From: a virus
Virus record (IMG/VR): IMGVR_UViG_3300037504_000923
Coordinates: 1 to 63,036 of that record
Reading direction: 5' to 3' (one strand)
DNA length: 63,036 nucleotides
A program made the translations under genes and the position numbers. The notes beneath the pieces were generated by a model. The model ran no database searches, was not told the origin of the DNA, and saw nothing but the letters and a program-made list of their open reading frames with translations. Each line of letters starts with the position of its first letter. The stretch's first letter is position 1. Shown here in pieces: positions 62,213 to 63,036 of this stretch.

Positions 62213-62566
62213 ATGGAAGAATTCAAACAAAGGAGAACAAGAAAAGAAGAAAGAGTGTTTGCGGGTGGTTATATCCCGCAGGCACTTAATTCATTGATGA
62301 GCCTATACAGCGTAGCACATAATCAATCTAAGACCGAGGTAATTGTTGAATTATTAGATGAGTGGAGTAAGGAGAAAGATTCGTATGATTTGATTGGATT
62401 GATTGTTAATAAGGTACGAAATCAATGGAGAATTGAAAAATCTAAAATGTATAACTCACCAACTACTAAAGATTTTGAGGAGTTCAAATTAAAGACTTCT
62501 CAATATCTACGGAAAAGAGGAGTTGAAGAGAAGTATATTAATTTGATAATAAAAGGACTCGAATGA
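62213..62566 (+). CDS. Hypothetical protein
   Basis: 117-aa ORF. Its stop overlaps the recA-like start. Confidence 0.5.
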   Translation: MEEFKQRRTRKEERVFAGGYIPQALNSLMSLYSVAHNQSKTEVIVELLDEWSKEKDSYDLIGLIVNKVRNQWRIEKSKMYNSPTTKDFEEFKLKTSQYLRKRGVEEKYINLIIKGLE

Positions 62567-63036
62567 TGAAAAGAGGCAGTAAAAAACTATCCAGTCAGGT
62601 AAAAAGAAAAGTACAGAATAATAAAAAACCAAAAGAAAGCACAGAACTTGAAGGAAATCCTGATCTTATTATTCCAACCGGTTCTACTCTGTTGGATTTG
62701 GCAATATCAGGTGGAAGAGTTAGAGGTGGTGGATTGCTGGCAGGGATATTGGTAGAGGCATTTGGTCCGAGTTCTTCTGGTAAAACTGTCTTACTTTGTG
62801 AAATAGCTGGAGCAGTACAAAGACAAGGTGGAGGCACTATGTTTTTTGATCCTGAAGCCCGTTTGGATAAGCAATTCGCGCAAATATTTGACCTTGATAC
62901 GAATAACATGGGATATGAGACACCTGATAGGGTACCTGAGGTATTCAAAAATGTAAGGGATTGGAATATAGAGGACACAAATATTGTTAACGGAGCTTTT
63001 GCGGATTCATTGGCAGCTCTTTCTACTGACCTTGAA
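62563..63036 (+). CDS. recA: RecA-family recombinase, N-terminal part (continues at base 128 of the window)
   Basis: ATG at 62563, open to the window end. Walker A FGPSSSGKT and FFDPEARLD (compare RecA GPESSGKT and FIDAEHALD). Confidence 0.85.
   Translation, partial: MMKRGSKKLSSQVKRKVQNNKKPKESTELEGNPDLIIPTGSTLLDLAISGGRVRGGGLLAGILVEAFGPSSSGKTVLLCEIAGAVQRQGGGTMFFDPEARLDKQFAQIFDLDTNNMGYETPDRVPEVFKNVRDWNIEDTNIVNGAFADSLAALSTDLE
62910..63036. repeat. Terminal direct repeat, exact copy of 1..127
   Basis: Identical to the first 127 bases of the window. Confidence 0.95.

Noticed and set aside
62595-62978. 127-aa minus-strand ORF antisense to the recA-like gene. The same applies to other long antisense ORFs: 8741-9118, 13882-14241, 21021-21452, 33040-33372, 51226-51606 and 56211-56585.
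   Set aside because: Each lies entirely inside a confidently assigned gene on the other strand, has a low-complexity or implausible composition, and has no independent start context. They are typical shadow ORFs.
1-63036. tRNA, rRNA, integrase/attP, transposase, reverse transcriptase (DGR/retron) and toxin-antitoxin genes.
   Set aside because: No cloverleaf-compatible sequence was seen in intergenic regions. No ORF showed tyrosine or serine recombinase, DDE, RT (YxDD) or recognisable TA signatures on visual inspection. Absence cannot be proven without tRNAscan or HMM searches.

Overview
The window is a complete, circularly closed dsDNA tailed-phage genome. Bases 1-127 are repeated exactly at 62910-63036, so the unique length is about 62,909 bp, and a recA-like gene reads through the junction. 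The genome is AT-rich and densely packed, with three transcription blocks. (i) 1-10486 (+) carries a recombination/repair module: RecA, a RuvC-like resolvase, a PD-(D/E)XK nuclease, an Mre11/SbcD-like nuclease and a Rad50/SbcC-like ATPase split into two ORFs. (ii) 10448-36849 (-) carries the lysis cassette and a siphovirus-type structural operon: terS, terL, portal, MuF-like, DUF2213-like scaffold/protease, decoration, HK97-fold capsid, connectors, tail tube, chaperones, tape measure and two large distal tail proteins. A six-gene glycosyl-/sulfo-/methyl-transferase island is embedded in this operon. (iii) 36950-63036 (+) carries early genes, replication genes (SNF2 helicase, sigma-like factor, primase, initiator with iterons, DnaC-like loader, DnaB-like helicase, clamp, clamp loader, split family-A polymerase), a 7-deazaguanine DNA-modification cluster (queD, queE, queC, folE, dpdA) and a UvsY-like/gp32-like/RecA module. 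The most striking non-coding signal is an array of four canonical type I hammerhead ribozymes (37220-39370). Each lies in an intergenic spacer of the early operon, 26-29 nt upstream of the next start codon. I saw no integrase, repressor, tRNA, rRNA or CRISPR array. A Bacteroidota (Flavobacteriia-like) host is suggested by a TTTG-N19-TAnnTTTA promoter, weak or absent Shine-Dalgarno sequences, and signal peptides of Bacteroidota style. All functional calls come from motif recognition by eye on the supplied translations; no searches were run.
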